This document shows, piece by piece, positions 1-14,452 of a stretch of 64,000 nucleotides of DNA (positions within the stretch are counted from its first letter, which is position 1; the number at the start of each line of letters is the position of its first letter). The notes under the pieces were generated by a model. It was not told the origin of the DNA. It did not search any database and was given only the letters and a program-made list of their open reading frames with translations. This stretch comes from Azolla caroliniana. Lineage: Eukaryota; Plantae; Polypodiophyta. Made by a program: the position numbers and the translations under genes. The stretch lies in NCBI GenBank assembly GCA_043228905.1, contig JBHGNT010000004.1, positions 20,398,001-20,462,000 on the forward strand, in the 5' to 3' direction.

Positions 1-3000
1 ATTGTGCTTCAAGTGCTTCCAAAATACTTTGTAGCCACCTGTTTCAATTGAAATATATGAATTTGAAGGTTTGAAATCCAAATAGGAGGCTTTCTATGAA
101 TGCACCCAAAAAGATGGGTGTAGCAGAAAATAGCCCTTCACTTAGAAAACATCTTACCAAATATTTATGATTACTTTCATTGGCCTAGTATTTAAATATT
201 TAAGTACAAGGGCCAAACACAAAAACTTATAGCAAAAATTTATCAGAATACCACTAAGTTTTCAGAAAATACCAAAGTACCCCTTTGCAATTAATTTTTT
301 GTGGTGTGAATGCAAACATCCAAGAAGTTTGGAATATTTTTGGTGTCTTTCAACCACTATTTTCCTCTATCCAAGATTTGCAAATGACTTACTAGTATGT
401 ACTTTCCTTGGCCAAGCTACCAAGAAGATTTTACCATTACCTTCCTTGGCCTACTTATCAAAAATATTTTACTATTACTTTCCTTGGCCAAGCGTCCACA
501 GATTTATTATTACTTTTCCTTGCATAGATTTATTATAGCTTTCCTTTGGCCTACATTCCAAAATCATATGAGCATCTACAAAACATTTGAGAGAGAGAGA
601 GAGAGAGAGACCCATCAATGCCTGGATTCTCTGGATAAAATACTCGTTTGATACCAGCCTTCTGAGCTGCTGATGCAGAAGTATATCCTATACAAGCTGC
701 AGCACCTCCCCAAGTTGACAAATCAATTAGGTCTACCCAGGCCCTGCAGTTTAATCAAGTCACTCAAGTTTCAAATATACTTCCTCGAATAAATCCTCCT
801 AAAACAAGCCAATTAAGCTTTCCACAGTCTCCTAAAACAAAGATAAATTGCTTAACACAAAATATTTGATGTTTATATTTGCCTAAAGGCTAAATCAAAG
901 AAATCACGCTTTATAATTGTTATAATTGCCTAAAACAAGATACCTGAGCTTTATTGTTGCCTAAAACAAAGCAACCAAGCTTTGTTTCCAAGCTTTATAA
1001 CTGCCTTAAAACAAAGTAACTGAACTATGCAATTGCCTAAAACAAAACACTTTATAGTTGCCTAAAGCAAAATAATTGAACTTGACAATTATCTTGAGAT
1101 TTCCAATAAGTTCTCAAAGTAAATAGTTCAACTCACACACCGGACAGCTGTTGGAGAAGCCAATGCAACAACAGGTGCTGAAACTGCAGTCGCTAGAACT
1201 ACTGGATCTATAACTTCAACAGAATTCTGCATATCAACAAAGCAACAACAGACATTCTTTTGTTTATGCTCTTAACTCTAGCTCCCTTAGAAAGGCGAAA
1301 TTCTCACTGTAGAATAAGTATTCAGCCGAATCACTTCAAATCCACGTGCCCCCAGTCCATTCTCTAGAATTAAAAAGACAAGAAAACAGGTTACATTTAA
1401 AATAAAGGGAAAACCACGAAAATAACCCTAATTTTTTGGATATTTACCAGAATACCTCTAAGTTTCCAAACATTACTAGAATATCCCTATATGACACAAA
1501 CTTTAATACTACATATAGGTATTTTGGTACTTTTTCAATAATTTGGAGTACTTTAGTAAGTATCATGAAGGCATGGATTTATTTATCACCTAGTTCATGA
1601 CTGGCCTTCACAGATGAAGGATAAAGAACCTTTCCACCCTCCATAGAGACCTTGGGAAGTGATTCAGCAAGGCTTTTTGCATTTGCTTCAGATCAAAGGA
1701 TTTCTGTTAGCATTTTGTCATGAAACGACAATTTCAAAGCTTATTATTCAAGTCCTCATCATGATTAGATTGTTTGCGTGAAGACTTTTATGTTAATGAC
1801 ATAAGAAGTATATAAGACATCAAATTCGTAAAGAAAAAGTGAAACTTGAAAATCCCCGAGTTTTTCTTTATTTCCCGAAATGCCTTTGATCAACCCCCTG
1901 GAAGCAGCAACCATACGCGCTGTTTTAAATAATTATATGGTCAATTCAACCCTTTTTTATCAATCACGTGTGCATTTTTGAGCAACTATATGTCCAGTCC
2001 TTCTCTATCTTCAGGGGTCTACCAAGGATGTTTTGGAAAATAACGAAAATTCAGGGGCATTTTGGAAAATAAAGAAAACAAGGGTTATTTGGGAGTTTTT
2101 TAGCTTATTAAACGGAGTAATTTAGATAACCTTTGGGGGACACAAAATCTATTGCAATACTTGTTTTGTCACCCTCAATGCTTCTAAAGACCTCTGCAGT
2201 TCCACTTCCCACAACTGCAACTCTTACATTAGGAGAACCTGCCAATCTGCATCACCACTTTCGATCATCCGATACTATCTGTAGTGATGAACTATTTTTA
2301 TAAGCTACTGGAAATTGTGATCCATATACCATGAGATGTTTATCGTATACAACAAAAGATTCCAGTGTTAACAGATTTTCTTTACTTGCAGAGTGGTACT
2401 ATCTTGGTTCCGTATAAGCAATTGAAAATTGAGATTCATATCTCACAAGAGTTTACATAGATTACAGTTTTGGACTTGTCTTCCTATTTTTTTGGCACTC
2501 TGTACTACCTACCTATAGTGAAGTACTACCTTGATTCTTCGTAAGCTACTGGAGTGTGTAAATATCATGACTTGTTTATCATGAGATATCATCTAACATA
2601 GGAGATTGAAGTTTTAAAGGATTTTGCTTACTTCCAACCTTCTAGGAACACGGAAGCTGCTTCTGGCGATGTGATCACAATCCAATCAAATTTATAATCT
2701 GTTCATCATTCCAGAAACTTGCCATCAATACACAACTCCTTGTATGATCTACTGCTAGAACGAAAGAAAGGAGGAAAATGGAACGGCATGCCTTGAATTG
2801 CTACTGGAAGCTTCTTTGTATCAGGGCCTTCTTTATGCTCAATGAGTGGGAGTTCCAAGCTTGAAATTCTATGAGTACACTGGTAAAAAAACAGAATATG
2901 TCGGCATCCCCAAAATGAATATAAGACACGTTTAAAATGCAATTTATTCTATGAGAGAGAGCAAGAGAAGAAGGAGAAGAAGAGCTTACCAGGAGGTTCA

Positions 3001-3390
3001 TAAGCTTCTGATTCTTTCCTTTCTCTCGCGTAAGGACAACAGAAGGAGAGGAGGAACAAGCACGGGTTAAAACGTTTGTTCCGTGGTGGGCTCGACGAAG
3101 GCCTAAAACAATTCAAATTCTCAAGGCCAATGGCATCAGGGAGAATGGAATGGGAGAGACGGGAGACAGACACACAGAGGGAGTATGATCACAGATCAGA
3201 CCATTCGGATGTTCCTTTTTCCAACAGAAAACCAGTGGGAGAAATGTGAAATGAGAGAGAGGGAGAGGGAGGGAGAGAGATTACCTTGGAGGGGAAGTGA
3301 AAATAAGGTTCGTAGCCATGGCTGGCGATCCTTCTGGTGCAGGCAGAACAGACGAGATGGTGGATGAGGTGCGAGAATCGCCATCGCCAT
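1..3390 (-). CDS. UROS: Uroporphyrinogen-III synthase, chloroplastic (multi-exon; stop lies left of the window)
   Basis: Manually spliced GT-AG exons give: transit peptide (3390-3285), SVVLTREKGKNQKLMNLL, ISSLELPLIEHKEGPD, DYKFDWIVITSPEAASVFLEGW, PNVRVAVVGSGTAEVF, ANAKSLAESLP..KVLYPSSVKAS, GLGARGFEVIRLNTYST, APVVALASPTAVR, AWVDLI..ACIGYTSASAAQKAGIKRVFYPENPGIDG, WLQSILEALEAQ. These are collinear with plant HemD/UROS as I recall it. Confidence 0.95.
165..560. repeat. Degenerate intronic tandem repeat (ATTATTACTTTCCTTGGCC-like, ~35-45 bp units)
   Basis: tactttccttggcc / ttaccttccttggcc / ttactttccttggcc recur at ~170, 400, 437, 474, 510 and 537. Confidence 0.6.
790..1090. repeat. Degenerate intronic tandem repeat (AATTGCCTAAAACAA, ~30-40 bp period)
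   Basis: About 8 copies of (ttg)cctaaaacaa within a UROS intron. Confidence 0.65.
1840..2101. mobile_element. MITE (Mutator-like terminal inverted repeats) in UROS intron
   Basis: aaaatccccgagtttttctttatttcccgaaatgcc is an imperfect inverted repeat of ggcattttggaaaataaagaaaacaagggttattt; no ORF. Confidence 0.6.
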
Positions 3391-5173
3391 ATGCGGCTGC
3401 TCTGCCTACTGTGACTCTGTGACTGTGTGTGTGTGTAGTATGAACACACAGAGATATGTACATACTACCGTATGTATTTTGGAACAGTAAACTTTTTTTG
3501 TATGTATTTTGTAACTATACGATTCTTCATTGATTATTTATTTACATGCAATGCACCGAGGAATACACACAATTCCATAACTCTTCATTCAGGAGGAATC
3601 GGGAGGGAGGCAGGCAGGGGAGCATTTTAAAGCACGGACATGAGTGTAGCATGTTGTGGTTGTATCAAGACACGTCGCATCAGTTGTCAGTTGTGAACGT
3701 CTGACCCAAGGCAAGATATTATGCTGTAGAGCCCTGCATGCACTTGTTCTCGTTCATGATTGTCTATATCCTGTATGTATGTATGTATGTGTGTGTGTGT
3801 GTGTGTAATGTATATAGAGAATAGGGTTTAGGGTTGCAAAAGGTTACAAAGATTAGAATCCCCATGACAAATACGCTTCTCATGCAACAGATACATTGCA
3901 CAATACAATCCTTTAATCATGTCGTAATGCTCAAGAAAACCAAAGTCGTTCTAGTATTATTGTTGAGCATGTAACCATTGAAATGGAGGTGAAAGAACCC
4001 ACATAGTGAGACAGCCAAATGGTTGAAGTCAAAATCCAAATGCTCCTCATATGATAGAAGAAACACGTTTAGCCAAAAAATGTGTCTTTGTTGTAATTCG
4101 GTTTAGTAACGGTAGAAACCAACCATGACTACTTACCATACATAGGTCTTGACTTTCAAAGTAAGTCAATCTGAATCCAAAAAATGTGGAATTCTGATTG
4201 ACTTCCTTTTGGAATGAATCCTTTGAAATCCTTTAAAATAATATTGAAGTCAATGATTGCAATTCAACCATCTAAAGCAAGGGAAAAGTATCCACAACAA
4301 ACATCTCATTTTTCTCTTATACAATGGCCACTCTTTCTCCTAATTTCAATAGTAATTGATTCTATGTTGCACAAGTTTTGCATGGGGAGACAAATGAGCA
4401 CGTCAACCATCATGCTATCTAGTTCATTCTTTGAGAGCACTCAATTAATGTTTCACAGCAAGCCATTAACTGTCTTATTCATTTATTGGCCACCGGTGAT
4501 TTCATCCTCATCACAAATTATATATGCAACCAAATAAGCCAAATAAATATTAAATCAATGTCATCACGAGGAAATGGGGCCAGAAATCATGTCAACAAGC
4601 TAAAGAACCCACCTTAGAACCTAGATTTTTATACCACCAAGATGTTGTATCCATGTTTCAGGGGATCAAACAACAAACATCCACCAATGCACATATGCAT
4701 GAAATATGTTTATGCCTTCAGAAAATAGCAAGAAGATGAAAATATATCAGAGTTACTGCGATAATACAAAACACAAACCACATAAAACACTTCTCCTCTT
4801 ATTCAATAAATTGCCATAACACAGCAATATTGGGATATCATGAAAAACATGCAATCATTTGAAATATTAAGTGAAAAGCATCTGCCAAAAGTAGAGAAAC
4901 TCTCTTTTCCAAGCAATCTAATATCATCAAAATGATATCTGAATCATGGGTTACTGAATCATAAGTAAACTTCACCTATACATAGAGCTCCAAAGTTCAG
5001 AAAACAATCATCAATGGAATGACATTCATATTGCAATTTTGTACACGCGACAATTAATATTACAATTTGTACATGTGGCAAATATAGCTCCAAAGTTCAC
5101 AATGAGATTATCAATGAGAATATATTGCAACATCCTAGATACTAAACTCGGAAGTCGCCAAGTAGGAGAGCAT

Positions 5174-8100
5174 TCAAAAGGGATTATCTCCCCATTTGAA
5201 TATTTGAGAAATGGCAACAAGTGGAGAAACTGCCCAACTCTCTATATGACTTACAATCTGCAATGAATAAGAATGCAATAAGAAGGGTTGTCAATTAACT
5301 TGTTCTAGGGAAATCTATAAAAAGTCAGGTTCTCATTCTCTTGATTCAATGAAGTAGGAGACACATGCTTTAAAATATTTGTGAAAGAACTCCCCAATGC
5401 CATGTACAAACATAACTACATTTTCATAAAATAGATAACCCAGCATGAGAGCATTCAAAAAGCCACAGGTGCTATATATTTGGACATTTTAACCTCTTAT
5501 ATCAAGTCTCTTGACATGAGATAATGGAATATTTGAAAGGGTTTATTTTATTTGAAACATCTGAGGCTTTTGACAGTTTTAGTAATATGATGACATCCAT
5601 ATCATAATTTCCTGTTCAAAAACTACCCAAAATATCAATGAGATCTGGATACAATTCTGTTGCTTTACTATGATAAGGAACAAAGTAATTCTTCTTCAGT
5701 ATGAAGTTCAAGATAACCATAAAGATAAAAAAAACATGACACCAAAGAGAAAATGGGAGTTCCTTAACTTCACAAATACAGGTTTCTAAACAGAACAAAA
5801 TAAGATATATTAAGATATCCTTTGTTAATCATCACTATGGACAGCAAATATATGAAAATGAATAGGCAAACCCATGATCAAATAGTTTTCTGCATGCTAG
5901 CAAGGTCTATGGAAGAATGTTGAAGACAATGATAAATAAATGACTGATTACATTTCAAGAATGTCTCCACGAAATCATAGTAAAGGATTCATACCATCAA
6001 TTCTTCATCCAATTTATATATTGTTGAACCATCGATACATATTAAAGGTCTCCAAGGAAGCTTGAGATAAGTCCTGGTCCAATAATTATTGTAAATGTTA
6101 AATAGAATTAGTAAGTCAAGATGGAAAAAGGTAACAGCAATGTACCTTAATTGCCAAGCTGCCCGTATGGCTTGACTTTCATCATCAGACTCCTTCGATA
6201 AAAAAAAACAAGCGCAGTTTCTCAAAATGCCACCCTATTTGGCTATAATTCCCAAAATGGCAAGGAACCTCAAAAATTTCACGGAATGCCACAAAAGTAC
6301 AGTTTTCAATAGTACCTTATGCTTAACTATGATTATTCTTTAACAAATCCAATTTTTATCTTTTAAAAACTTGAATCTTCACCTTGAGCAATTAAGATGA
6401 TTTGTTCTAAATTAAAATTTATCGATAAACACTTTGCTAATCAGATTTGCTAATTTATTTAAAATTAAGGTGATTTGTTGCTAATTACAATTTATTAATA
6501 ATCACTTCTTAATCAGATTGATGGTTGATAAATAGTATCCTATTTTTTGCTTTTGATAATCAGTAATTAGTCTTTAATCGTATCTTAATTCAAGCATATC
6601 TTAGACATTAACTGACGAGACTTCGCAGAAATAAGTGGCATTTTGAGAATTCTCCCTAAAACAAAGTATATCATGGTGAACATCAGCCATTGTAAAGAAT
6701 TGTATCTTCATATAGTATGGACTAAGAGTTCTGCTAAATTCATAATATGGGCAGTTGAGGAAAGATTGATACAAACCTCATCAACTCCGTAAAGAGTCAG
6801 CGATGGCTTTTCTAAGAATGGTATTAACAGCTTCAAGTTTCTTTCATATAAATCTGTCCCTGATTACAAAATAAGTGAATATCAGTCTGTTCCTAACATA
6901 GATAGAAAAACTAAATAAACCAAACAAATATTTGCGACATAATCATTTTCAGATACTATTCTTTCACAAATCAGCAAAACCTAAATGAGCTTTTGCACCC
7001 ACGAACAAAATAAACTAATCAATGGAACAAAATAATTTCCATGTACGAAATCAGCAAAACTTAAATGAGAGTTTGCTACCCACGAACAAAATAAACTAAT
7101 CGTTGGAACAAAACAATTTCCACATGGTATGCTCGTACAAAATCAGTAAAACTTAAATGAGAGTTTGCTACCCACGAACAAAATAAACTAATCATGGGAA
7201 CAAAATAATTTCCACGTGCTATGCTCGTACAAAGTATAAATCTTTGCATAAGAACGTGCATATGTTTGCTCGATCCTATTCCATGCAATAAATACACATG
7301 AAATCTTAAGACCACAGTATTAAAGGCCCCCTACCAAAAAAAGAGTCTGATATGATAGCAAAATACCGGTAAAACTGATTGTAGGATCAGCAAAGTAGCA
7401 ATCTTCAGCATAAAGCGATCTGGTAAAGTTCCCTAAAGACAGTGTCAGAAGAATAAATAGCAGTCATTATCGCATTACCTATGCAATATGTATGCATACC
7501 ATCTGTTCCTAGGATGACAATGACTATGGATGATTGATAGATTGTGGAGGATCAAAGATGAATCATGAATCATGATGATGGAATATGGACCTGTGAGGAA
7601 GTAAGCTTGCTGATAATCCACAATAAGAGCATCTATGACATCTTGTACTCGTGTAATATTTCGTGTGGAAGGGATAAGGTCACGAGTTGAGGAAGAAGCC
7701 TCATCCTTTCTTCAAAATAAAAAAAATAAAACATGGATAAATGTCAAACACTGTTGAAATATTGAGGAAGAACCATAAATAATTCTTCCTTCAACAAACC
7801 CCACATGCGAATGTCAAAAGCCTAGTGAATCTTTATATACAGGAATAAAACCTATACTTTCTTAAGAAATGTACAGATATGAATGGCAAAGACTCGAGAA
7901 TCTTTAAGAAAGATTCATCATCGTAATCCTTCAAAATAATCACAGATGAATGTCAAAGGCTCAGGAGTCTTGGAAGGAAGAAATTTCGTTATCCTTTCCT
8001 TGACAGCAACAAAAAAGGAAACATGTGGAAGTAAAGTCTCAAGAGAAGGATCATCACCATCATCCTTTCTTTCAAAAAGCTACTGACGGATTTCTGAAAA

Positions 8101-8610
8101 TATCTTTAAGAAAGGATCATCGTCATCCATTTCTTGGGAAGCCAGAGATGAATAAGCGAATGAACCATTGAAAGATGATCATAAAAACAAAATTAAATAA
8201 ACACATGAGCTGTGAGTGAGTGCATGCGTGTGTATGTCTTCCTATGAAGTTTGATTATAAAAAACTAAAATAAACGCATGAAGTTGTGAATGTGCGTGCG
8301 TGCGTGCGTGCGTGTGTGTGTACTTCAGAAGCTTAGGTTTCACTAACCTCTGGTTTGTGAAGAAACGAATGAGTTCAGTGGTTCCTGAGACGACAAAACG
8401 AAGAGCAGGAGAAGAAGATGATGAAGATGACGATGACGATGACGATGACGATGATGATGATGATGATGATGATGATGACGATGAGTTCTTCTCAAGAGGA
8501 GGATGCGAGCTATGATCGCTATGCAGAGAGATGATTTGAATTCGCGGGGTCCTTCTCTTCAAGGGGGCAGGAGGATAGCAGACGATCGAGCAAGCGGCCA
8601 CCATAGCCAT
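5174..8610 (-). CDS. DUF2358 / SnoaL-NTF2-like chloroplast-targeted protein (about 7 exons)
   Basis: Exon 1 is ORF 8610-~8347 with a poly-Ser transit peptide. Later exons: DVIDALIVDYQQAYFLTG, NFTRSLYAEDCYFADPTISFTG, TDLYERNLKLLIPFLEKPSL, ESDDESQAIRAAWQLR, TYLKLPWRPLICIDGSTIYKLDEELM, IVSHIESWAVSPLVAISQIFKWGDNPF* (TGA 5176-5174). GT-AG borders; resembles Arabidopsis AT3G04890 from memory. Confidence 0.88.
6212..6656. mobile_element. MITE (Mutator-like) in DUF2358 intron
   Basis: Left TIR gcgcagtttctcaaaatgccac versus reverse complement of right end gggagaattctcaaaatgccac; imperfect ~9 bp A-rich TSD (aaaaaacaa / taaaacaaa). Confidence 0.7.
6966..7232. repeat. Three tandem ~80-90 bp intronic repeats
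   Basis: aaatcag(c/t)aaaac(c/t)taaatgag...cccacgaacaaaataaactaatc...ggaacaaaa occurs three times. Confidence 0.85.
8410..8484 (-). repeat. (GAT/GAC)n microsatellite encoding poly-Ser in the DUF2358 transit peptide
   Basis: About 25 consecutive Ser codons on the minus strand. Confidence 0.9.
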
Positions 8611-8687
8611 GGCTTTCTAGGCCCAACGACGGGAGAGCATATTCCTGATTCCTGCTGATTCCTGAGTGTGGCGACAAAACGAAGGAG

Positions 8688-8719
<32 letters not shown>

Positions 8720-9179
8720 TTGGTTTGTTTGTGAAGTGGATAGAAAGAGAGTCCCACATAGAGACTTTCCTTACTTAGGAGGTCATGGGTTCAAATCTCA
8801 ACTCCTACATTCCACAATTGCACATCTCTTTTTAACTTAAATAATAAAGAGGATTATGAGGTGAGAAAAGTTGAGTCTCGAACCCAACACCTAGGGGCTA
8901 GTACTCTAGGGTTAAGCTAATAACTAAAAAGAGAGAGAATAAGAACTACTCCCTCCTCCTCCTCCGGTTGAAGAAGTCGCCGCTCTACGGCTTGAAAGCA
9001 AGCCCTGAGAAGGTGGCATTTCAAGATCATGTTGTATCTTCACAACATCAGCTTCTAAATGTCGAATTTTGACAACCCACTACATACCAGGAATAATCCC
9101 AAAAGCCACGTCTTCTTTATCTTGTAAGTCGACAATCTTGTCATCGGTGGAGAAAGCCCCCGTTTAAGACCTAGAAGAT

Positions 9180-10720
9180 CAAATATTTGCTTTCAAAACA
9201 GTTTGAGATAAAGCACCTAGATGACTTACATTATTTTTTGGGCATCGGGGTCATTCGAACTCTAGATGGGTTCCTACTCTACAAGTTCAAAATGTTTGAG
9301 TGCAAGTCCATCTCGACACCCCCTTGATTGATACGAAGCCAAGTGTAGAATCCAACAAATTTTATAAGTCAACGCAATATCTATACATAATCTCAGGAGT
9401 ATTATCTACTTCAATATTACCCGGCCATACCTCAACCACCCTGTTGGGCTCCTTAGCTAGTTCATCCAAACTCCTCGTGACACTCACTTGGATTTTGCTA
9501 AGTGAGTGTTACGATATGACAATGGAACACTTTATCACAATATCTTCTACAAACATGGAGTACCACTTGAGTCAAAGGGTTCGTAGATGTTAATTGGGCA
9601 GGCAACGCATTTGATAGGTAATTCCCTTTGGGATTTATGTTTTCACTCGGCAAATGAGTGACCTCCTAGAGCAACAAGAAACAACCAATAGTGGCTCTAT
9701 CGAGCATCGAGGCGGAATATAAGGGCATAGTTGTAGCTATATGCAAAGTCACATGTCTTAAAAACTACTAAATGACCCCAACAAATAGGTTAATGACCCA
9801 ATACCTATACACTACTAGTATCCAACTCGTAGAGAATCCAGTGTTTCACACACAAACTATATTCACAAGTGAATATTGGTTGGTAGTGGTTCTATTGACC
9901 ATCAAGGCAGAGTATACAGCCATAGTTGTAGCTATATGCAAAGTCACATGTCTTAAATGTTAGGAAACATGTCCCTTCGGATGGGAAGAGTGTCGGAGCC
10001 GGATGAAGATTAACGAGGGCTAGATTGGTTGGATTCAGAGATATATCCAAAAAATGTCATATTTGTAAATATGTTTTTGGTACACCTAAGACATGCCATA
10101 TTTGTAATAGCCCATAGTATGTATTAGTATAAATACAGCTAGGGCAAATCATTATGAAATGATGAAGTAGTTGTTGTAACTGGTGTGTAGTAGAGAGAGA
10201 GTGAAAGTTGTAACTCTGTAACCGTTTGTGTACGAAGAAGAGCTCAAGGTTGTAGCATCAAAGTCTCTTGTTGTATTCCTCCTACTATAGTGATTTGTTT
10301 TGGAGTTTGTGAACTCCCGTGGATTTTCCCTCTTAGGGTTTTCCACGTTAAAAGATATTGTGTCTCTGTACTTTCTTGTTTTACTACTATCTTGATCTTT
10401 GTGTCTCTCATTTACACGTGTTGACCGGTTTTGGCTAGATTCATATTTTATAACATTAAAAACTAACGAAAGACCTCAACAAATAGGTCAACAACCTAAT
10501 ACCAAGCCACTACTTAGCATCCAACTGACATTGAAACTGATGCTTCACACACAAACTACATTCACAAGGGAATATTGACCGAAGACATTGACCTCCAATA
10601 CATCAACACCAACGTGCAGGTGGCCGATATTTTCACAAAGGCTCTAGGTCTTGACAAGTTGTGGCAATTCTCAGTGGCTCTAGGCCTTAGACCACTCAAT
10701 GTGTTGAGTTTGAGGGGGGT
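9180..10720 (+). pseudogene. Degenerate Copia RT/RNaseH remnant
   Basis: Fragments of DLxxLHYFLGI, KKQPIVALSS.EAEY and DLQYINTNVQVADIFTKALG; PPT-like ttgaggggggg at ~10710; internal duplication of ~9690-9870. Confidence 0.7.
9958..10455 (+). mobile_element. Copia solo LTR (related to the LTRs of the element at 35921-41152)
   Basis: TG...CA termini; TSD TTAAA at 9953-9957 and 10456-10460; shares gtcccttcggatggga, catatttgtaaatatgtttt and tagggttttccacgt with the 35921 LTR. Confidence 0.85.
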
Positions 10721-12020
10721 TACATGTACAATGACGAGTAACGAGACTAATTCCAAGGAACACATGGAGAATTAGCACCCTAGATCAGCAAAAGAGGAAG
10801 ACAAAGAGCAACATCGACAAAGTAAGCCCAACATATCTAATCCAACTCGACCATACAACTTAGAGAAAGACTAAAACCTAGAAATTTGAAGTCAAAGAAA
10901 AGTTCATTGTTGAATCGGCAATGATTAACAAGATAGAGAACAAGGAAGATGGGGCAAGACTAGCATGGACTTAGCCCCCTATCGAATAAGCTCAAAGAAT
11001 AACCCTGATATCTCGGTGTCATATAGTTCATGCTTGATGTGTTGAACGGGGTTTTGTATGAGGAGAGTTTGTAATGAAAAGCGAGAGTGACAAGCATGGA
11101 CAAGAGATAGAGATAGCGTACGATTCAAGAACCAAGAGTATATGATAAAAACAAGTTTTATTATATTGAGAATACAAGATTTTACCAAAGTTACAATGCT
11201 CAATTGCAAAAAATGATACTTTATCTCTGCCAAACTCTAACTTGAACCCTTGACTTCAATTTAAAAAGACGAAACATTGCACATATGACCTATCTTGATA
11301 TATTTCTTCATTAATTGATTATTTTAATGTTTACTAATTTGATTGATGCCTACATGCGTCCCTTCCCTCTCTTTATACAGGTGCTCACATGCATATGATG
11401 TATGTGAGGGTGCATGACATGCATGGTATGTATGATCGCCATTTGGTGCACATGCATTACATGTGATGCATGATGGCCATCATGCTCATCCATATGTACA
11501 AGGTTATAGTTTCACGCCTCACAAATGTTACTTGATATAATATTTGAGTTTGTTTTTATATCATGAAGCAATTGCTTTGTGACATTTGGATTTTTGTCCA
11601 CATTTTTTGGATCGATAAGATTGACCTTGCCTAATCGAGATCTAGTACATAGGAACAATGTGAAAACCATGTTCCAACAGTTTCTGAGTCTTCAAGTACA
11701 CGGAGACAATGTCGTATAATTGACATCGAGTGAGTGTGTTGAGAATCAAGCTCAATTCATGTGAACATGCGCTTATGGAGAAAAGCACGATGTATGAAAA
11801 ACTATGGCCAAGCACACTTTATTATAATTCATGTAAACTATCTAGTTTCACAAAGAACTAGATTGTGATGTCTACTTAGTTGTTATGAAAATGTGGTCAA
11901 AGAATATTGGATGTTGTTATGAAAAATTGGATGTTGCTTTCACACAACTAAACTTTGCAATAGTTAACATTCTTGTAAAGAATCAGATGTGATTCTGTGT
12001 AGCGGAAGGTGTGTGTATGT

Positions 12021-12113
<93 letters not shown>

Positions 12114-14452
12114 ATATAGAAAAAACTGAAAACTATATCAACAAGAGAATAAGATAACCAACAACTACAAAGAAGAGGAGACGATGCTTATGTAGTCACC
12201 TTCTCTCTATGTTCTCTCACTACAACCACCACTTGCAAAAGAGGTAGAGACTTAACTATCTACTAAATATGTGTCATAGAACCTTAAAGTTCTATGACAC
12301 ACTAGTTACTATTCTAGGAGGTGGGGTGTTCACACACTTGAGTATACTAAGGTGTGTTTCCACACTAGGGAAGTTGAGTTTGATTCTCAACACGCCCCTT
12401 CAAATGCAACTTCTGGTCGCTCTATGTTATCATCGAATTCACTTTATGCAGCATCATGAACATACCGCCACGATCGTTGTAGACGGAATTTGAGGCGTAG
12501 TTAGTAAGTTGTCGGCCTATGAAGGATGACTCACTCTTCTTCTTCTAACACTCTGTTGTCACGGACAAGTAGACGAGGCTCAATACTAAGAGAGCGAGAG
12601 AGAGATCATAGACAATATAATAAGAAAGAGAGAGAGAAAGTAGTCAAGAGAACAAGAACTGAATTATGATTCCGTAACTGGTGTTGTTCACCTTGACTAA
12701 GGCCAAGGTGAACCCATGTATTTATACATGTTTATGGGCTCTAAATGTAGCCCATGCAAAGACTCATTTTCATGCACAAGCTTCTAGAATGTTCTAGCTT
12801 CTAGAGCTTTCTGGAAGGTTCTAAAATCCTACATGTAGAATAGATAATCTACAATAATCTAGTAAGGTAACATGATTATGTATCGGATGTATTGGTTAAA
12901 ACATATCGATTAAATACAATAGGTCAAGAGTTCGAATCATGACATGATTGTTGTCATGTCCATGGCATTATCCCCCTACTAAGGCCGCCTACGAAGATGC
13001 CTCCCCAATATTGGTGATGAAATGCATGAACAACATCTGATGCATTCTCCAAGTGTTGGGCTGGTTCCCAAGTTGCCTCTGAAATGGGATTACCCTTTCC
13101 ATAGGACTAAGTATCGAAGTTGTCGTCAATGCCAACAAGAGTCCAAAATCTTGTCCACCTCATACTCCTGACCTGTGGAAAGCTCAATTGGAGGTGGAGG
13201 TGGAGAGTGTCTTCCAGGAATAGTGGATGGATGATAAGGTTCGAGAAGAGAGGCATGGAAGACATTAAGAATACGGAAATGTGGAGGAAGTTCAAGCTGG
13301 AAAGTGACGGGATGGACACACTCAATGATGCGGAAAGGCCCCAACTTCTTGTAATCCAACTTTCCACAAGGTCGAGTAGTATCGACATGGCGACGTAAGA
13401 GCCAAACTTGATCACCAATTGCAAAGGCAGGTGTAGCGGAACAATGTCGATCAACTTGTGCTTTATATTGGTCCCTTGCAAGGATGAGTTCGAGGGAGAG
13501 GCCTTGATGAATGTCGGTTAAAATACGAGCATGTCCTTCTGCTGACGGGTTGACAGAGTTGCCAGGGATGGAAATACTGAAGTGAGGATGGAAACCATAG
13601 TTGGCGAAAAATGGGGTGACCCCAGTTGAACCATGTAGCGTATTATTATATGTGAACTCTGCCAAGGGTAGGGGGTCAACCCAATCATCTTGCTGGTAGC
13701 TAAGCAAGCATCGAAGGTATTGCTCAAGAATTTGGTTCACCCGCTCCATTTGGCCATTGGTTTGAGGATGATAGGACGAAGACAAATTCACTATTGTGCC
13801 CAATGTTTGAAGGAACCGCCGCCAAAAACAAGAGACAAATTGGGGTCCACGATCTGAGGTGACATCATCCGGGACCCCATGAAGCCGCACCAAATTCTTT
13901 AAAAATAGATCGGTTGTTGCTTCTACTGAAATAGTCTTTGCACAAGGGGCAAAATGAGCCATCTTTGTAAACCGATCTACCATGACGAGCATTGTGTCAT
14001 ATCCATGGACAAGAGGCAAATCAGTGATGAAATTCATGGAAATTGATGCCCAAGGCCGGTTGGGAATGGGGAATGGTTGGAGCAACCCATATGGCCTATG
14101 GTGGACGACTTTGGATCTAGCACAAGTATCACATGTCTTGATGAATTCCTTGATGAACGTTGAGGCCAGTAATATCCTTGTGAGATTAATTCGAGTGTCT
14201 TTGTAACGCCAGAATGACTAGCCAAGGGGTCATCATGACACTTTTGGAGAACTTGAGTTTGACATCGGCCCTTCGGAACATATAAGAGTTGGTCTCGGTA
14301 AAGCAATCCCCCCTCGAATCTGAAGCGGTCAAGGTCTTCCTTGGTCATGGATTTAGACGGATCAATAAGACATTCCTAAATTGCGTTGGCGAATTTGTCG
14401 GTGGGAAGTGCTTTGGCTATCTCCTCAAGCTGTCATGAACACATGACCATTA

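Noticed and set aside
8300-8515. Plus-strand poly-Asp ORF
   Set aside because: It is the antisense reading of the poly-Ser microsatellite in DUF2358 exon 1.
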